This document shows positions 42,093-54,019 of a DNA stretch of 64,000 nucleotides, piece after piece; position 1 is the stretch's first letter; each line of letters begins with the position of its first letter. The position numbers and the translations under genes were made by a program. The notes beneath the pieces were generated by a model. It was not told where the DNA came from and ran no database searches. It was given only the letters and a program-made list of their open reading frames with translations. Origin of the DNA: an uncultured Chloroflexia bacterium. Lineage in GTDB: Bacteria > Chloroflexota > Anaerolineae > Anaerolineales > E44-bin32. Location of the stretch: NCBI GenBank assembly GCA_963818575.1, contig CAWFSV010000024.1:65319-129318 (forward strand), read 5' to 3'.

Positions 42093-42654
42093 TGCCCGAA
42101 ACGCTGTGGGCGATTCCGGCCGGGCTGTTCATGCTGATCGGATTGATCGGCACGCTGCTGCCGGCCGTGCCGGATCTGGTGTTGATCTGGGCGACGGCGT
42201 TGGGCTACGGGCTGCTGGCCGGGTGGGGGATTGGGGTCCGTGGCTGTTCGCCGGGATCAGCCTGCTGTGCGGCGTCGGGCTGCTGTCGGAGGTGCTGACG
42301 AGCAGCGCCGGGGCGCGCATCGGGGGTGCGTCGGTCTGGAGCATCGTCGGCGGTGTGGCGGCCGGCGTGATCCTGCTCTTCGCCGCCGGGCCGCTGGGCG
42401 CGCTGATCGCGCTGCTGGCCGGCATCTTCCTGCTCGAGTGGCGCAAGGACCGCGACACCCGGCGGGCAGGCCAGGCCGTCCTGGGAACGGCCGTCGGGTA
42501 CGTGGCCTCGTTCTTCGTCAAGTTCGCCCTTGGATTCGCCTGCGTCGGACTGTGGGTGATCTGGGTGATCGTTCCTGAAGGCCTGAGCTGTCGGAACCGA
42601 GATGCGACGTGCGCCTGCCCATCGGGCAGGCGCATCGATTCCGGAACACGATGA
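42092..42654 (+). CDS. DUF456 family membrane protein; 1 frame break (~42235)
   Basis: The ATG overlaps the serS stop (TGATG). [33 protein letters not shown], then the ORF 42016..42654 frame. Confidence 0.55.
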
Positions 42655-42665
42655 CGGCTGCGATC

Positions 42666-43245
42666 TCAGGGCGGGAAGTACACCATCCCGAGCCCGCGGC
42701 GCTCGAGGCCGTCCACGGCCCAGTGCTCGACCATGCTCGAGTCGTCATCCAGCGCGGCGTACAGCGCCGGGACGGCGTCGGGATCCTGGTTGAACGCCAG
42801 GGCGCGCACGGCGCCGATGCGGACGGCGGCGGACGATGAGCTGCGCCGCCTGCGCCAGGGCGGGCGAGGCCGACCGAGCCCATCGCCGCCAGCGCATCGC
42901 CCGCCAACCGGGAGAGCAGGCTGTCCGCGCTGTCGAGCAGGCTCACCAGCCGCGGGATGGCCGCCGCCAGCGGCCGATCGCGCAGCGCCAGCGCGGCCGC
43001 CTGGCGGACGGAAACGTCCGCATCGTCCAGCCCCTCGAAGCAGCCTGTCATCGGCGTCGCGGGTGATAGACGTCGGTCAGGCAGCGCAGCGCCCACCAGC
43101 GATGGTCGGGGATTTCGGATTGCGCCAGGCGCAGGAGCGCGGGGAGCGCCTCGAGTCCGTGCGAGGCAAGCGCAGTGCGCGCCCGTTCGGCGCGCACGTC
43201 ATCTCCGGAGCCAAGTTCGGCGATCAGGTTGGAGAGTTCGGTCAC
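42666..43245 (-). CDS. HEAT-repeat protein; ~3 frame breaks
   Basis: ORF 43048..43245 and part of 42518..43096 (DDADVSVRQAAALALRD...AIPRLVSLL). Own translation of the end gives AVRALAFNQDPDAVPALYAALDDDSSMVEHWAVDGLE, with the stop at 42666. Confidence 0.5.
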
Positions 43246-43252
43246 ACGGCGG

Positions 43253-43477
43253 TCAGACGTTGGGGGGCGGGACCGGCAGGTCGGCCTCGGAGACCTTGAC
43301 CCACTTGTCCCCCTCGTCGATGAGCATCACGGGGATGTCATCCACGATCGGGTACTTGCGTCCGCAGCCGGGCTCCTGGCATACCAGCCAGGAATCGCGG
43401 ACCACCTTCAGCAGGCCTTCCTTGTCCTGGACGCAGTGAGGGCAGCGCAGGATTTCCAGCAGGTCGGCATGGATCAT
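43253..43477 (-). CDS. Trm112 family (DUF343) small zinc-ribbon-like protein
   Basis: Intact 74-aa ORF: LLEILRCPHC...YPIVDDIPVMLIDE. Confidence 0.75.
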   Translation of the reverse strand: MIHADLLEILRCPHCVQDKEGLLKVVRDSWLVCQEPGCGRKYPIVDDIPVMLIDEGDKWVKVSEADLPVPPPNV

Positions 43478-43525
43478 GGGGTCGCCTCCGCGCGCGTCCG
43501 GATTCTATCACGCCCGGCCGAGCGG

Positions 43526-45375
43526 TCAGTCGTCCTCGGTCTTGGCGCCTTCGGGGAGCTCGGTGCCCGGGCCGTACTCGTAGATCGCCCGCCACGGCAG
43601 GTAGTGCGTGCGGATGACGTCGTTGTGCAGCGTCTGCCCGTCGCGCAGCACGGTGCGCGTGACGGTGATGTCGGCGCCGTCGGCCTCCCAGTCGACCTGC
43701 TTGATCTTGCCCTCGGACAGGTCGGAGTTCTCCTTGTACAGCGGCTCGGGCGCCTCGACGACGTTGCGGGCGCCGGTCGTTTCCCACGAGACCACCCGGC
43801 CGTCCTTGGCGGAGTAGAACTTCCACTCCAGCGCGTTGCCGTACATGTAGGTTTCCATCAACAGCCAGTGGTCGGTGTCGTTGGTGAACTTGAAATCGAC
43901 CAGCGGGGCGAAGACGGTCGCATCCAGCCCCGGGCCGGGGGAGTTCGGGCCCTGTTCGTAGTAGCCGACGCGGTAGGCGTGCGGGTAGCGCTCGTCGATC
44001 TGGTAGCCGCCGTAGAAGGCGGCGCGGAACAGCGTCGTGCTGACCTGGCACACGCCGCCGCCGACGCCCTTGACGGTGCGGTTGCCGATGATGATCAGCG
44101 CTTCGGCGTAGCCCGAGTCGAGGCTGATGTCGCCCAGCCCGTCGGCCATGGAGAGCGTCTGTCCCGGCGCCACGAGCAGGCCGTGAAAGGCGGACGAGGC
44201 GAGGCGGATGTTCTGAATCCGTTCGGGGCTCGAGCCGGTGAAGTAGGTCTTGGTGCTGACGACCAGCTCGGTGATCCCCAGATCGGCGGCGGTGGCCGTC
44301 CCGGGGACGGCCGGCGTCTCGGTCTGGAAGGCCAGGCCGATCGAGTGCTCGCCGATCGCCAGGCCGTTGTTGATCGCCTCGATCGTGCCGGGGATATCGA
44401 GCACGCGGCCGTCGACCGAGTCCTGGAGCAGGTCGAGCTGGCGCGTGTCGTCGTTGAAGATGAAGCGCGCGTTCTGGGGGCCGCGCTCGAGCCCGGCCGC
44501 CAGCGGCCCCAGGAAATCGGCCATGATCTGCGGTTGGACGCCGATCTGGTAGCGCCCGCCCTGCGTGTCCTGGACCAGGTTGAAGCTCAGCATGCCGGCG
44601 AGTGCCGGCGGATCGAACGACCACGGGCCGGCGCCGTCGGCGGTCAGCGTGAGGGGCTGGCTGAGGATGCGGCGCGCCACGGCCGCCTGTTCGGAGGCGT
44701 CGAGCACCAGTGGCGGTGTCTCGCGCACGACGAGCGGCAGGTCGGCGTCGATCAGCTGGGCGACGCTCGGCTCGATCACCATCAGCGTGGCATCGATGTC
44801 CAGCCGCCGCCCGATCTGGCCGGGCTGCATGATGACCTCGAGCCCGTTGATGCCCAGCGTCGCCTCGAACTGCGGCTTGTCGATCGTCGCCGCCAGACGA
44901 TCTGAAGGTAGGCGGCGCCGCGCGCCTGGTCGAAGACGATCACGGCGGAGACGTCGGCGCCGGAGAGCCAGGCGTCGATCTGCTCCTGCAGGCGCAGGCC
45001 GAGCGAACCGCGGCGCCCGACGGCCAGGGCGCGCTCGGCCACCGCCGCGCCGTCGATGCTGACGCCCAGCTCGGCCGGATGCGCCGTCCACACCGAGGCG
45101 CCGTCGCGCAGCGCCAGCAGGCCGGTCTGCGGATAGGTGTAGGCCTCGGCGACGGCGGCGGCGATCTGCTCGGCCGACTTTCCGCTCAGCCCGACTTCGC
45201 CCGAGCGCACGCCGGGCAGGGCGCGGCCGATGAACAGCACGCGCATGGCGAGCAGGAAGAACAACAGCGCCGCCAGGAAGGAGGCGCCGGCGACGAACGC
45301 CGCCAACAGCAGGCGCGTCAGCAGCGTCAGGGCGTCGGTGGAGTTGCGCGGGAGCAGCGAAGCGGTTCGCATCAT
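43526..45375 (-). CDS. VanW family protein with N-terminal membrane anchor; 1 frame break (~44905)
   Basis: ATG 45375 (MMRTASLL..., TM segment) in the ORF 44782..46293 frame, then ORF 43526..45091 (GGGVCQVSTTLFRAAFYGG...RVGYYEQ...DFKFTNDT). Confidence 0.8.
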
Positions 45376-45445
45376 GGGACCCAGATGGAGGCGGATTCTA
45401 CCACCGGGGTTGACGCCGTCCGCCGCGGTGTGGTTCCCGGAAACC

Positions 45446-46388
45446 TCAGCGCGCCAGGTAGACGTCGACGCTGCTGTAGTGCAGGATGCCGGGCGGTGTA
45501 GATGGCCTGTTCGTAGACCGCGATCCGGCCGTACTGCGAGGCATCCAGGCTGTACGGCACCTGGACTTCGAACGAGCCGACCTCGCCCGGGTTCGTGGTC
45601 GAGAGCGGCACGGTGGCGGAGCCGACGACGTTGCCGCTGCGGTCGAGCACCTCGACGACCAGCGGGCCGGGCGTGTCGAGCCAGCCGCCGCCGCGCACCG
45701 TCACCGGGCTGCCGCGCACGTAGCCGTTGGCGCGCGGCGAGAAGATGGCGATCTTCTCCGCGCCGCCGATGCCCGGGTAGAGCAGGGCGATCCCTTTGGT
45801 GAGCAGCACGACCGAGCGCGTGGCCAGATGATCCATCTGGCCGTCGCGGATGCTGAAGGTGCGCACCTCCAGGCGTGCCGTCTGCGCCACCCACGGGAAG
45901 CTGAACTCGAGATCGGTGAAGATCCGGCCGGCGAGGTCCGGCATCGCCTGCAGGAAGGTCGTGCGGTCGGCGAGGATGTCGCCCTGCTCGCCGATCAGGC
46001 GCAGCCGGACGTGCCCCTTCCAACTCGGGCCGCCGAAGCCGGTGACGCGCAGAGGGCTGACGGCCTGCGAGCCGGGGCCGGGATCGTAGATCGACAGACG
46101 TTCCGCCGGCAGGCCGATGCTGGGCGTCGGAGGGATGGGCGTCGGCGATGGGAGCGGGACCTCGAGCACGATCGGCGGCGTGGCGTCGGTGTAGGGCGGA
46201 GGCGTGGGGCTGGGGACCGGCGTCTCGGTCGGGACGTCGGTGGGCGGCAGAGTGACCGGCGTCGGCGTGGAGGCCGGAGGCGGCGCGCTGCACGCGCCGA
46301 CGAACGCGGCAAGCAGCATCAGCCTCAGCAGGCGCGAGGCGCGCCGGCCGGCTGCGGGCCGCGATTCAGGCGAGCGTTTCCCGGACAT
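45446..46388 (-). CDS. Lipoprotein with Gmad2-like Ig-fold domains; 1 frame break near the 3' end (~45490)
   Basis: ORF 45372..46388: lipobox LLAAFVGAC, a Pro/Thr-rich linker and two Gmad2-like segments. Own translation of the end gives GILHYSSVDVYLAR, with the stop at 45446. Confidence 0.55.
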
Positions 46389-47457
46389 CCAGCTTGCGGG
46401 CCACGCGTTCGATCACTTCGTCGGTGAAGCCCTTCGTTCCGGTGTGGCCCCCGAGATCGGGCGTGGCGATGCCTTCGGCCAGGGCGTCGAAGGTGGCGGC
46501 GTAGATGGCGCGCGAGGCGCGATCGGCGGCCGAGGTCCCGAGGTAGGTCAGCAGCGCGGCGGCGGCCAGGATCATGCCCATCGGGTTGGCGATGTCCTTG
46601 CCCTGCAGCGCCGGGGCGGTGCCGTGCGGCGCCTCGGCCACGGCCACGCGCACCTGGATGGCGTCGTCGTCGAAGGCCAGGACCATCAACTCGGAGCCGG
46701 CGATCGAGCCGTACATCTGGAGCACCAGGTCGGACAGGCAGTCGCCGTCGCGGTTGAGCGCCGGGATGACCAGCGCCTCGCCGGCGGACTGCAGCAGCAG
46801 CGCGTAGGTGGCGTCGATCAGGTGCGGCTCGTAGCGCACGCCGGGGTGGCGCAGCGCGGCGGCGTCGAGCTCTTCCTTGAGCATGCCCTCGTAGACCGGG
46901 CTGACGGTGTACTTCGGCCCGCCGAACACCTTGGCGCCGGTCTTCTCGGCGTGCTGGAAGGAGAACTCGGCCACGGCCCGGCAGGTCTTGCGCGAGATGC
47001 GTTCGATGCGCTGGGCGATCTCGTCGCCGTCGTCATCGAACTTGCGCCACTCGCGGGCCCCGTAGGCATCGCCGACGGCCATGCGCACGACGGCGATCGG
47101 CGCGTGCACGCCGCCGACCGGGCGGACGCCCGGCAGCCGGCGCCCGGTGCGCAGGATGACCTTGCCGTCGATCGCCTCGCGCAGGATGGCGTTCGGGCTG
47201 GAGACGTCGTCCGGCTCCTCGGGCGTGATCGTGGCCGCCTTGAGGCCCAGGCCGTGGCGGCGCAGCGCCTCGGCCGCCTGCTGGATGACCTCGTTGCGCG
47301 TCCGGCGGCGGTTGTCGAGGCTGAGGTCGAAATGGACGAAGGCCAGCGGCAGGCGGATGACCGCCGGGTCGAGGACCCGCAGGGCCTCGAGCAGCAGCTC
47401 CTGCCCGGTCTGGTCGCCATCGAGCACGACGATCGTGCGGCTGGGTACGTCGATCAT
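46366..47457 (-). CDS. Isocitrate/isopropylmalate dehydrogenase family protein
   Basis: Intact 363-aa ORF with NRDGDCLSDL and APHGTAPALQGKDIANP motifs. Substrate not assigned. Confidence 0.8.
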   Translation of the reverse strand: MIDVPSRTIVVLDGDQTGQELLLEALRVLDPAVIRLPLAFVHFDLSLDNRRRTRNEVIQQAAEALRRHGLGLKAATITPEEPDDVSSPNAILREAIDGKVILRTGRRLPGVRPVGGVHAPIAVVRMAVGDAYGAREWRKFDDDGDEIAQRIERISRKTCRAVAEFSFQHAEKTGAKVFGGPKYTVSPVYEGMLKEELDAAALRHPGVRYEPHLIDATYALLLQSAGEALVIPALNRDGDCLSDLVLQMYGSIAGSELMVLAFDDDAIQVRVAVAEAPHGTAPALQGKDIANPMGMILAAAALLTYLGTSAADRASRAIYAATFDALAEGIATPDLGGHTGTKGFTDEVIERVARKLDVRETLA

Positions 47458-47494
47458 GTGCGGATCTCCTGCCCGAACGAGCGCATGAGCAGAC

Positions 47495-47896
47495 TCAACC
47501 GGCGGCGGTGCCGACGGCGCGCAGGCTGAGGGCGGTCAGCAAGAAGAGCAGGAAGGCGTACGACCACTGGGCGCGGTTGTCGTCGCGGCCGCGGGTGATG
47601 ACGTAGAAGACGGGCAGGGTGAGCGCCGTCAGGGCGCCGTACAGGATGTGGATCCCGCGGCCGGGGCGCTCGCCGCCGATGTAGAGCAGCACGCCGAGGA
47701 CGCCCTGTGCCAGGAACAGGAGTTCGCCGACGCCGAGGATGCCCCAGTAGCCCGCTTCGACCGGCCGGCGGCGCAGCGCCGCCACCAGGCCCCAAAGGCC
47801 GGCCAGCACGGTGAACAATGCCACCGTGCCGGCCAGACGAGCATGCAGAAGTGCCAAGGTGATCCTCCGCCGGGGCCGGATGCTGCGTCGACCCAT
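47495..47896 (-). CDS. Hypothetical membrane protein (~133 aa, 4 TM)
   Basis: ATG 47896 within ORF 47495..47950. Hydrophobic helices; no family recognised. Confidence 0.45.
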   Translation of the reverse strand: MGRRSIRPRRRITLALLHARLAGTVALFTVLAGLWGLVAALRRRPVEAGYWGILGVGELLFLAQGVLGVLLYIGGERPGRGIHILYGALTALTLPVFYVITRGRDDNRAQWSYAFLLFLLTALSLRAVGTAAG

Positions 47897-47978
47897 CCGC
47901 GGACTGATTGTAGCATCGCCGCCGCGCGGCGCGGCCGGCATGTTCCGCAAGGATAGATTTGCGACTCACCCTCTGCCT

Positions 47979-48029
47979 CCCTCTCCGCCGCGAGGACGCT
48001 CTCGGCCGCGCGGTGCGTGGCGGAGAGGG
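47979..48029. repeat. REP-like inverted repeat CCCTCTCCGCC-N29-GGCGGAGAGGG
   Basis: Arms at 47979..47989 and 48019..48029. It has the same family and spacer length as 28085..28139. Confidence 0.8.
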
Positions 48030-48040
48030 GTGGAGGAACT

Positions 48041-48073
48041 GAAAAGAGGCGGGGACCATTGGTCCCCGCCTCT
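48041..48073 (-). terminator. Intrinsic terminator of the M32 gene: AGAGGCGGGGACC-loop-GGTCCCCGCCTCT followed by TTTTC (minus strand)
   Basis: Perfect 13-bp stem (48045..48057 / 48061..48073). The A-run at 48042..48045 on the plus strand gives the U tract on the minus strand. Confidence 0.7.
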
Positions 48074-48164
48074 ATCGGCAACCTTCCCGCTTCCCGGTTC
48101 GACTGCCTCGGATGGAGGCCCCGACTTGCCGGAGAAGTGTGTGCGGGCGGGTTACCGCAGGCGA

Positions 48165-49673
48165 TTAGTGCAGCTCGTACACCTCGCCGAACTTGGCGCG
48201 CAGGTAGCGCAGGTACGGCTCGGGCGTCAGGCTCTGGCCGGTGACCTGCCGCAGCAGCTCATCCGGATAGAACTTGGCGCCGTGGCGGTGGACCTTCTCG
48301 CGCAGCCAGCCGAGCAGCCCGCCGAACTCGGCGCGCTCGATCTGCGAGGTGAGATCGGGGATGTCCTTCTCGATCACCTCCCACAGCTGCGCCGCCACCA
48401 GGTTGCCCAGGGCGTAGGTGGGGAAGTAGCCGAACCCGCCGAACGACCAGTGCACGTCCTGCAGCACGCCCTGGGCGTCGTCGGGCGGCGTGATGCCCAG
48501 GTAGTCGCGCACGCGCGTGTTCCACGCCTCGGGCAGGTCCTTCACCGCCAGCGTGCCGCTCATCAGCTCGATCTCGAGCTCGAAGCGCAGCATGATGTGC
48601 AGGTTGTAGGTCGCTTCGTCGGCCTCGACCCGGATCAGCGACGGCTCGACGGTGTTGATCGCCCGGTAGAAGTCGTCCAGCTTGACGTCGCCCAGCGACT
48701 CGGGGAAGAGCTTCTTGAGCCGCGGGTAGAAGGCGATCCAGAACGGGCGGCTGCGGCCGACGAAGTTCTCCCACATGCGCGACTGCGACTCGTGGATCGC
48801 CATCGACGTGCCGGTGGCCAGCGGCGTGCGGTCGAGGTGCACGGCGATGCCCTGCTCGTACAGCCCGTGGCCGGTCTCGTGGATCGTGCCGAACAGCGCC
48901 GGGTTGAGGAACTTGGGATCGAGGCGGGTGGTGATGCGCACGTCGCGCACGCCGAAGGAGGTGGTGAAGGGATGGACCGACTTGTCCTGGCGGCCGGCGT
49001 TGAAGTCGTAGCCCAGCTTGCGGATGACCTCGACGCCGAAGGTCCACTGGCGCTCGACGTCGAAGGCGCGGTGCAGGACGGCGTCGGAGACCTTGCGGCC
49101 GCGTTCGGCCGTGGCGCGCACCAGCTCGACCTGCTGCGGCCGCAGCGCGTCGAAGACCGCCTTGACCTGCTTGGTGGGCATCGCCGGTTCGAAGTCGTCG
49201 AGCAGCGGATCGTAGACGTGGTCGTAGGGGGCGAAGAAGCCGGCGTAGTCGCGGCGCATGGTGACGATCTGTTCGAGCGACGGGCGGAAGTGGGCGAAGT
49301 TGGCGTCGGCGCGGGCCTTCTCCCAGATCGGGTGGGCGAGCGTCGTCAGGCGGGTGAACTCGGCGACGTACTCGGACGGGACGCGGCGCTGCTTGTCGAA
49401 ATCGCGGGCGGCGCGGCGGACGAGGGCGGCGTCGTCGATCTCCGGCGGCTGCCCGGCGACCTCGGCCTGGGCGGCCTGGAGCGCCTCGCCGAACTCGTCG
49501 GAGACGAACATGTCGTGCGACAGCTTGCTGAGCGTCGCCAGCTGCATCGAGCGCCCTTCGGCGCCGGCCGGCGGCATGTAGGTCTGCTGGTCCCAGCTGA
49601 GCAGGGCCGAGGCGGCGTTCAGGTCGAAGATCTCGCCCAGCAGCTGGCGCAGGTGGTCGGTCTTGGCTCCCAT
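48165..49673 (-). CDS. Carboxypeptidase Taq-like M32 metallopeptidase
   Basis: ATG 49673 (GGAGGG RBS) within ORF 48165..49778. HETGHGLYE (HExxH) and IHESQSRMWEN motifs. Intact. Confidence 0.9.
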   Translation of the reverse strand: MGAKTDHLRQLLGEIFDLNAASALLSWDQQTYMPPAGAEGRSMQLATLSKLSHDMFVSDEFGEALQAAQAEVAGQPPEIDDAALVRRAARDFDKQRRVPSEYVAEFTRLTTLAHPIWEKARADANFAHFRPSLEQIVTMRRDYAGFFAPYDHVYDPLLDDFEPAMPTKQVKAVFDALRPQQVELVRATAERGRKVSDAVLHRAFDVERQWTFGVEVIRKLGYDFNAGRQDKSVHPFTTSFGVRDVRITTRLDPKFLNPALFGTIHETGHGLYEQGIAVHLDRTPLATGTSMAIHESQSRMWENFVGRSRPFWIAFYPRLKKLFPESLGDVKLDDFYRAINTVEPSLIRVEADEATYNLHIMLRFELEIELMSGTLAVKDLPEAWNTRVRDYLGITPPDDAQGVLQDVHWSFGGFGYFPTYALGNLVAAQLWEVIEKDIPDLTSQIERAEFGGLLGWLREKVHRHGAKFYPDELLRQVTGQSLTPEPYLRYLRAKFGEVYELH

Positions 49674-49843
49674 GACGGGTGTCCCTCCAAAGGGTGAAGT
49701 GGATGTCAGGTGACAGGTGTCCCAATGATACTGCGTCAGGCGGGCGGGGGAGGCAAGGGGCACATGAGTGTCAGCCATCGGGCAGTTGGAGGATACGTCT
49801 TACAGCCCCTCGCGATATCGGTTGTGCATGGAGAGCAAGCAGG

Positions 49844-50754
49844 CTAAGCAGCAGCCTTGAAGCGGTCGAAGCGCCACCCAAGTGCCTCGGGACTCGGCCA
49901 GTCGCCTTCCGAGTGGGGAAGAGCCAGCCGGTTCCCATCAAGGAGCTTGCAGCCCGTACTTGAGGATGGGGCCGTCGGTCTCATCGAGTACATCGCGCCG
50001 AACGTGTACTGTGTAGTCAGGCGCCACCCCAATGATGAAGCTGTCGAACGCGGCGTGATGCAGCTTGCATAAGGCAATGCCGTTGGTAATGCTCGGTTCG
50101 CCTTCGGGGGCTGTGTCGGGGATGATGTGCGCTGCGTCCAGGAGCTCCTCGTGTCTCAGCCTGCAGAGCGAGCATTGGGAGCGATAGGCCGCGATGACTC
50201 TCTCCCTGAATGATCGCTGATGCAAGCGAACGCGAGTCGTGGCGGTGACATACGCGCGCCGTGCGGTTGCCCTATCGTCAGCAAGCGCACGCTGCATGGG
50301 TTGCGCGACGTAAGCGACGTCATCCACTGCCACGCGAAAGGTCAGCGTGTTCTGATCGTCGCCTGCAACATAGACTGGCCAGATGGCCAAGTACTTGCCG
50401 GGGACGATTCCATGAAAGTAGACCAGCGGTAGCTGGAGGGCCATGGCACGGCGTAGCCCCTGGTTGTCCGGGTGAGATGGGTCAGTGCCTCTGTACTTGT
50501 AGGCGAGGAGACCATCGGGACCAAAGGAGTCGTGGTAAGGACCCTTCGGTGTAGTGGTGATGCTCAAAGGGAACCGCATGAGCACGCGGCTTGAATATCC
50601 CTTGGGGGGCAACTAGGGGGATCCGTTCACCCTCGAACTCAAAGCCCTCCTGGAGCAGCGCACGAGGCAGGACGTCTCCGTGGACCTCTGCCGCCTCGGC
50701 AAGCCAGCGGAAGGCCTCCAGGCGGACTGCAATATCGTGGTCGTCTCCGGTCAT
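49844..50754 (-). CDS. COG3440-type predicted restriction endonuclease with C-terminal HNH (HNH_2) nuclease; 2 frame breaks (~50585, ~49940)
   Basis: ORFs 50482..50817 (from ATG 50754), 49938..50612 (CSLCRLRHEELLDAAHIIPDT...NGIALCKLHHAAFD) and 49844..50077 (C-terminal tail). Lower-GC island. Confidence 0.7.
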
Positions 50755-50951
50755 GAACAGCAACCTACTGGGTATGCCTACCAGGCCTCGAGCTACTCGT
50801 CCTGCGGAAGTGAACACATCCGTATCGACCCGAGGGCATGCAGGCGGGAATGACGGCCCCGCACGGGCACGACCCGCGGGTCATTTTCGGCAAGATGCTC
50901 TGGCGGTCTGAGAAGGCAACGGGACAACTATGCGCTCGGGTCGGAACTCCA

Positions 50952-52662
50952 TTAGAGACGAATCTGGCCGAGCAACCTCCGCGCCGTGTTCGATAGGATC
51001 TTGGTGACCATCGTCTTAGTAGTCGAGGAAGCGATGTTGTGGCCCGATGTATTGCTCCCAAGAGAGTGCTCGGGCGTCCTGTAGATTTGTCCGGAAACCT
51101 CGGCTCCTGCCTGCGGCCCCTTCTCAGGTGCCCAACAACCATCCTCGCTGTGGTAGTCGACGGAGGTGTGGAACTTGCGGCAGTGCAGCGTGTGTTAAGC
51201 TCGGTACCAGTGTTCTCCTTCAGAGAGGCTGTCAGTCATGAGGCGCTTATTGACCTTGCTATGACGTCGATCCGCGGGTTGTGTTGTAGTCCAGAGGTTC
51301 GAACTCGAAGAGCTGGGGACGGAGGGCGAAGACGGTTGTGAATAGACCGAACAGTTCCGACTCGTTGCGGGGCGCAAGGAGTGTCACTTCGTCGAGCCTA
51401 GCCACCTCTCGGCCCTTCAGGTTTTTGATGCGCCTGGTAAACTCCTCCTTCTCCCGCTCGCGAGTAGTCTCCTCCTCTTGCCAAGACTTGAGCGTATAAA
51501 GGTTCTCCTTGATGAGATCCGAGTCCACGTCAGCGATAATGCGTTGAACGGATTCGCGAAGCTCCTCAAGGATCGCAGGGTCGGTATTTGCGACAGTGCC
51601 CCTATTGGCAGTGAGCTCGAGATGCTGACAATTGACGAACGCGTGAAGGAGGACGAACACGTTCGATCCTGACCCGAACCCGGTAATCCACTCGTTCACC
51701 CGGTCGACGGGAATGTTGTCGCGACACACCCATAGCCCGTATCGGTCCGCCACACGGTATCGCCCCGTGTCTGGCCGGTTGCGCTCCCGGATCATCGGGT
51801 TATATCGGCGCTTGACCTCAGTCACCCTCGACAGAAACGACCACCTGGAATGTGACCTCCGGATGAGCGGGAAGGCGCTCATTGAAGATCTTGCGTTTGA
51901 CGTACCAGTCTGGGGCTTCGACGCCCTTGTCGTCCCATAGGCTCTCTATGGAGCCACTCTCTGGAGGGAATACGTGGCCGAATTAAATCTCCTCGGGGTC
52001 TGGCTTGTCCCAGTCGAGACACCGAAGGGTCAGGCGGAAGCCGTCGTGATCGTGGATGCCGAAGATCTGCTCAACCGACCCCATCTTGGTGAACCACTGG
52101 ATGTAGTCCTTGACGATACTCTGAACAATGGGCCTCTTTGATTATCGTTGTAGCCTGTTATGGTGATCTCGGTTCCGAATTTATCAAGGAACGGGGGGAT
52201 GGCACGGACACGAGGCCGGTGGAGCTCTCTTCGAGCTAGGGCGCGGAGCGGATGTTCACAGATGGCTTCGAAGGCACCTTCGGATCCTTGTGTTCGAACG
52301 TGGACAAGGTCCGACCGGAGGTAGATCTTTGTACCGTGCCCCTTCATCCCGATCTTGCCAGCTATCCCGCGGGATTTCGAGTAGCCGAGCCCCCAGAAAT
52401 CCTTGGAGATGACTTCCTTGAGCATTCCCTCGCCGTTGTCGCAGAGGGTAATTACGAGCCTTCGCGATCCATCGATCTCCTTCACCTCGAACGCAATGTC
52501 CATGAACGTGGCCTTGGCGTCAAAGGCGTTAGAGATCGCTTCCCTTAGAAGTTCAAGCGGATCTCCGAAGTCGTTGACGATCTCGACGAATTCAGCTTTT
52601 AGTTGACCTCTGGTGTGATTTCGCTCCCAAGGTGCATGGTCGGGAGCTAGGTCTTGAACCAC
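50952..52662 (-). pseudogene. GHKL (HATPase_c_3, MORC-like) ATPase fused to a PD-(D/E)xK-like C-terminal module; multiple frame breaks plus in-frame TAA codons
   Basis: GTG 52662 with an AAGGAGG RBS. LLREAISNAFDA, CDNGEGM, GMKGHGTK in ORF 52030..52662. It continues in other frames (IVQSIVKDYIQWF...EEI-TAA(51983..51985)-FGHVFPPES) and in ORF 51259..51882 (...FEFEPLDYNTTRG). Own translation of the end gives IDVIARS, EGEHWY, ELKHTLHCRKFHTS, up to TAA 50952. Confidence 0.6.
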
Positions 52663-52810
52663 CTGTTCCTCCTTTCACGCCGAATCCAAGATCCGGATGA
52701 CGGCCGAGCATTGGCCGCCGAACGGTCTCGAGAGAAGCTGAGAGAGAGTAACTGGCAGACCTCGCCGGAGGCTCCGCTAGGTCAGCGTCCGCGAGTTGTT
52801 AGGCGGCAGT

Positions 52811-53274
52811 TTAGTTCAGTGCCTTCCTGATACCGCGAATCGTCCTCTCGTGATCCCTTAGAACCTCGCGAAGGATTCTGTTGAGATCGCCGTCTCGAGG
52901 GACCTTGCCTTTGGCCCGGTTGCCGGGCGTGTCGACAAGTTGGCTTATGAGTGTCTCAATGTCCTTTAGGATACGTAGACTCTCCGTATCCTGAAGATAA
53001 TGAACTGATCCCACTTGCCTGCATGACGATCCTTTGTGTGGTGCCTGATCCTGCCATGTAGATTGCTTGTCAGCCCAATATAGTAGAGCTTACTTCCTCT
53101 GTAGAGGGCATAGATGCCGGCGTACTTCCGCATCATTTGCCGAAGGCGTTGTTCAAACAAGGGACTCTCCAAGATCTCGCTTGGGAGTCGCCGGGACATT
53201 CCCTTGATAAGGGCGCCTTTCGTGCTTCTTCGGCGGGAAGTGCGAGGCTGCTTCTTCTGATCTGTGCCTGGCAT
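52811..53274 (-). CDS. GIY-YIG nuclease domain protein; 1 frame break (~52985)
   Basis: ATG 53274 within ORF 52966..53481: GIYALYRGSKLYYIGLTSNLHGRIRHH...WDQFIIF. The C-terminus is in ORF 52811..53014 (ESLRILKDIETLISQLVDTPGN). Confidence 0.65.
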
Positions 53275-53461
53275 ATGAGACCCCCAAACTCGTGTGCCGC
53301 TGGCCGCCCAATGGCCTCGGGCGATGCTGCCCGGCAGAAGTGGGCAGATCTGCAGGATTCTACGCCTACTCGGCTTGCTGAACAAGCGTTCACGAAAGCG
53401 CCGCCCGCCGGGCGGCCTCAGCGAGTTGTTGGGGGGCACGTGGCTTGAGGCGCGCCTGCAA

Positions 53462-54019
53462 TCAGGCACGCCATCGCACATCTGAGAGGAGCTCGGCGGT
53501 AATCCTCGTGCGCTGTGCGAGCCTCGACGAGCCGCTTGTGTGGAGTCAGGCCATGGTAGAGATGGATCAGGACGCCTTCGTTCTTCGCGACGGTCACGGC
53601 CGGGAGGAGGTCGCTGTCTCCGGCGATGAGGACAGCATGACTGATCTGCTGTTTAGCACTGAGGAGGACTAGGTCGACGCCCAGTTGCAGGTCAACTCCC
53701 TTTTGTACGTAGATCGGTTTGCCCTTATCATCATTGCCTGGATCTACGAAGGCGTACCTTCTCGGACCTCGAATCTCGGGAGTGCCCTGAGCGCAGTGTG
53801 GAATCCCTGAGCTTGTGCGAACCTCGCGGCTTCTTCGGGTGCAGGCTGTGGACGCTGATACGGTAGGCAGTTGTAATAGTAGGTTCTGAGGATATCTACG
53901 CCGCCCGCGATCTCTGGGCAAGCTTTGCGTAGTCGATCCTTCCGTCCGCCGCAAGATTCGCGAACTGTGGCGTCAAGATAGCCGCCATCGATGAAGATCG
54001 CAACTCGTGTCGTATTCAT
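53462..54019 (-). CDS. NYN / LabA-like (DUF88) predicted RNase domain protein; 2 frame breaks (~53760, ~53520)
   Basis: ATG 54019 within ORF 53744..54097 (RVAIFIDGGYLD...) joins ORF 53418..53954 (QKGVDLQLGVDLVLLS...VLIAGDSDLLPAV). Own translation of the end gives RITAELLSDVRWRA, with the stop at 53462. Confidence 0.65.
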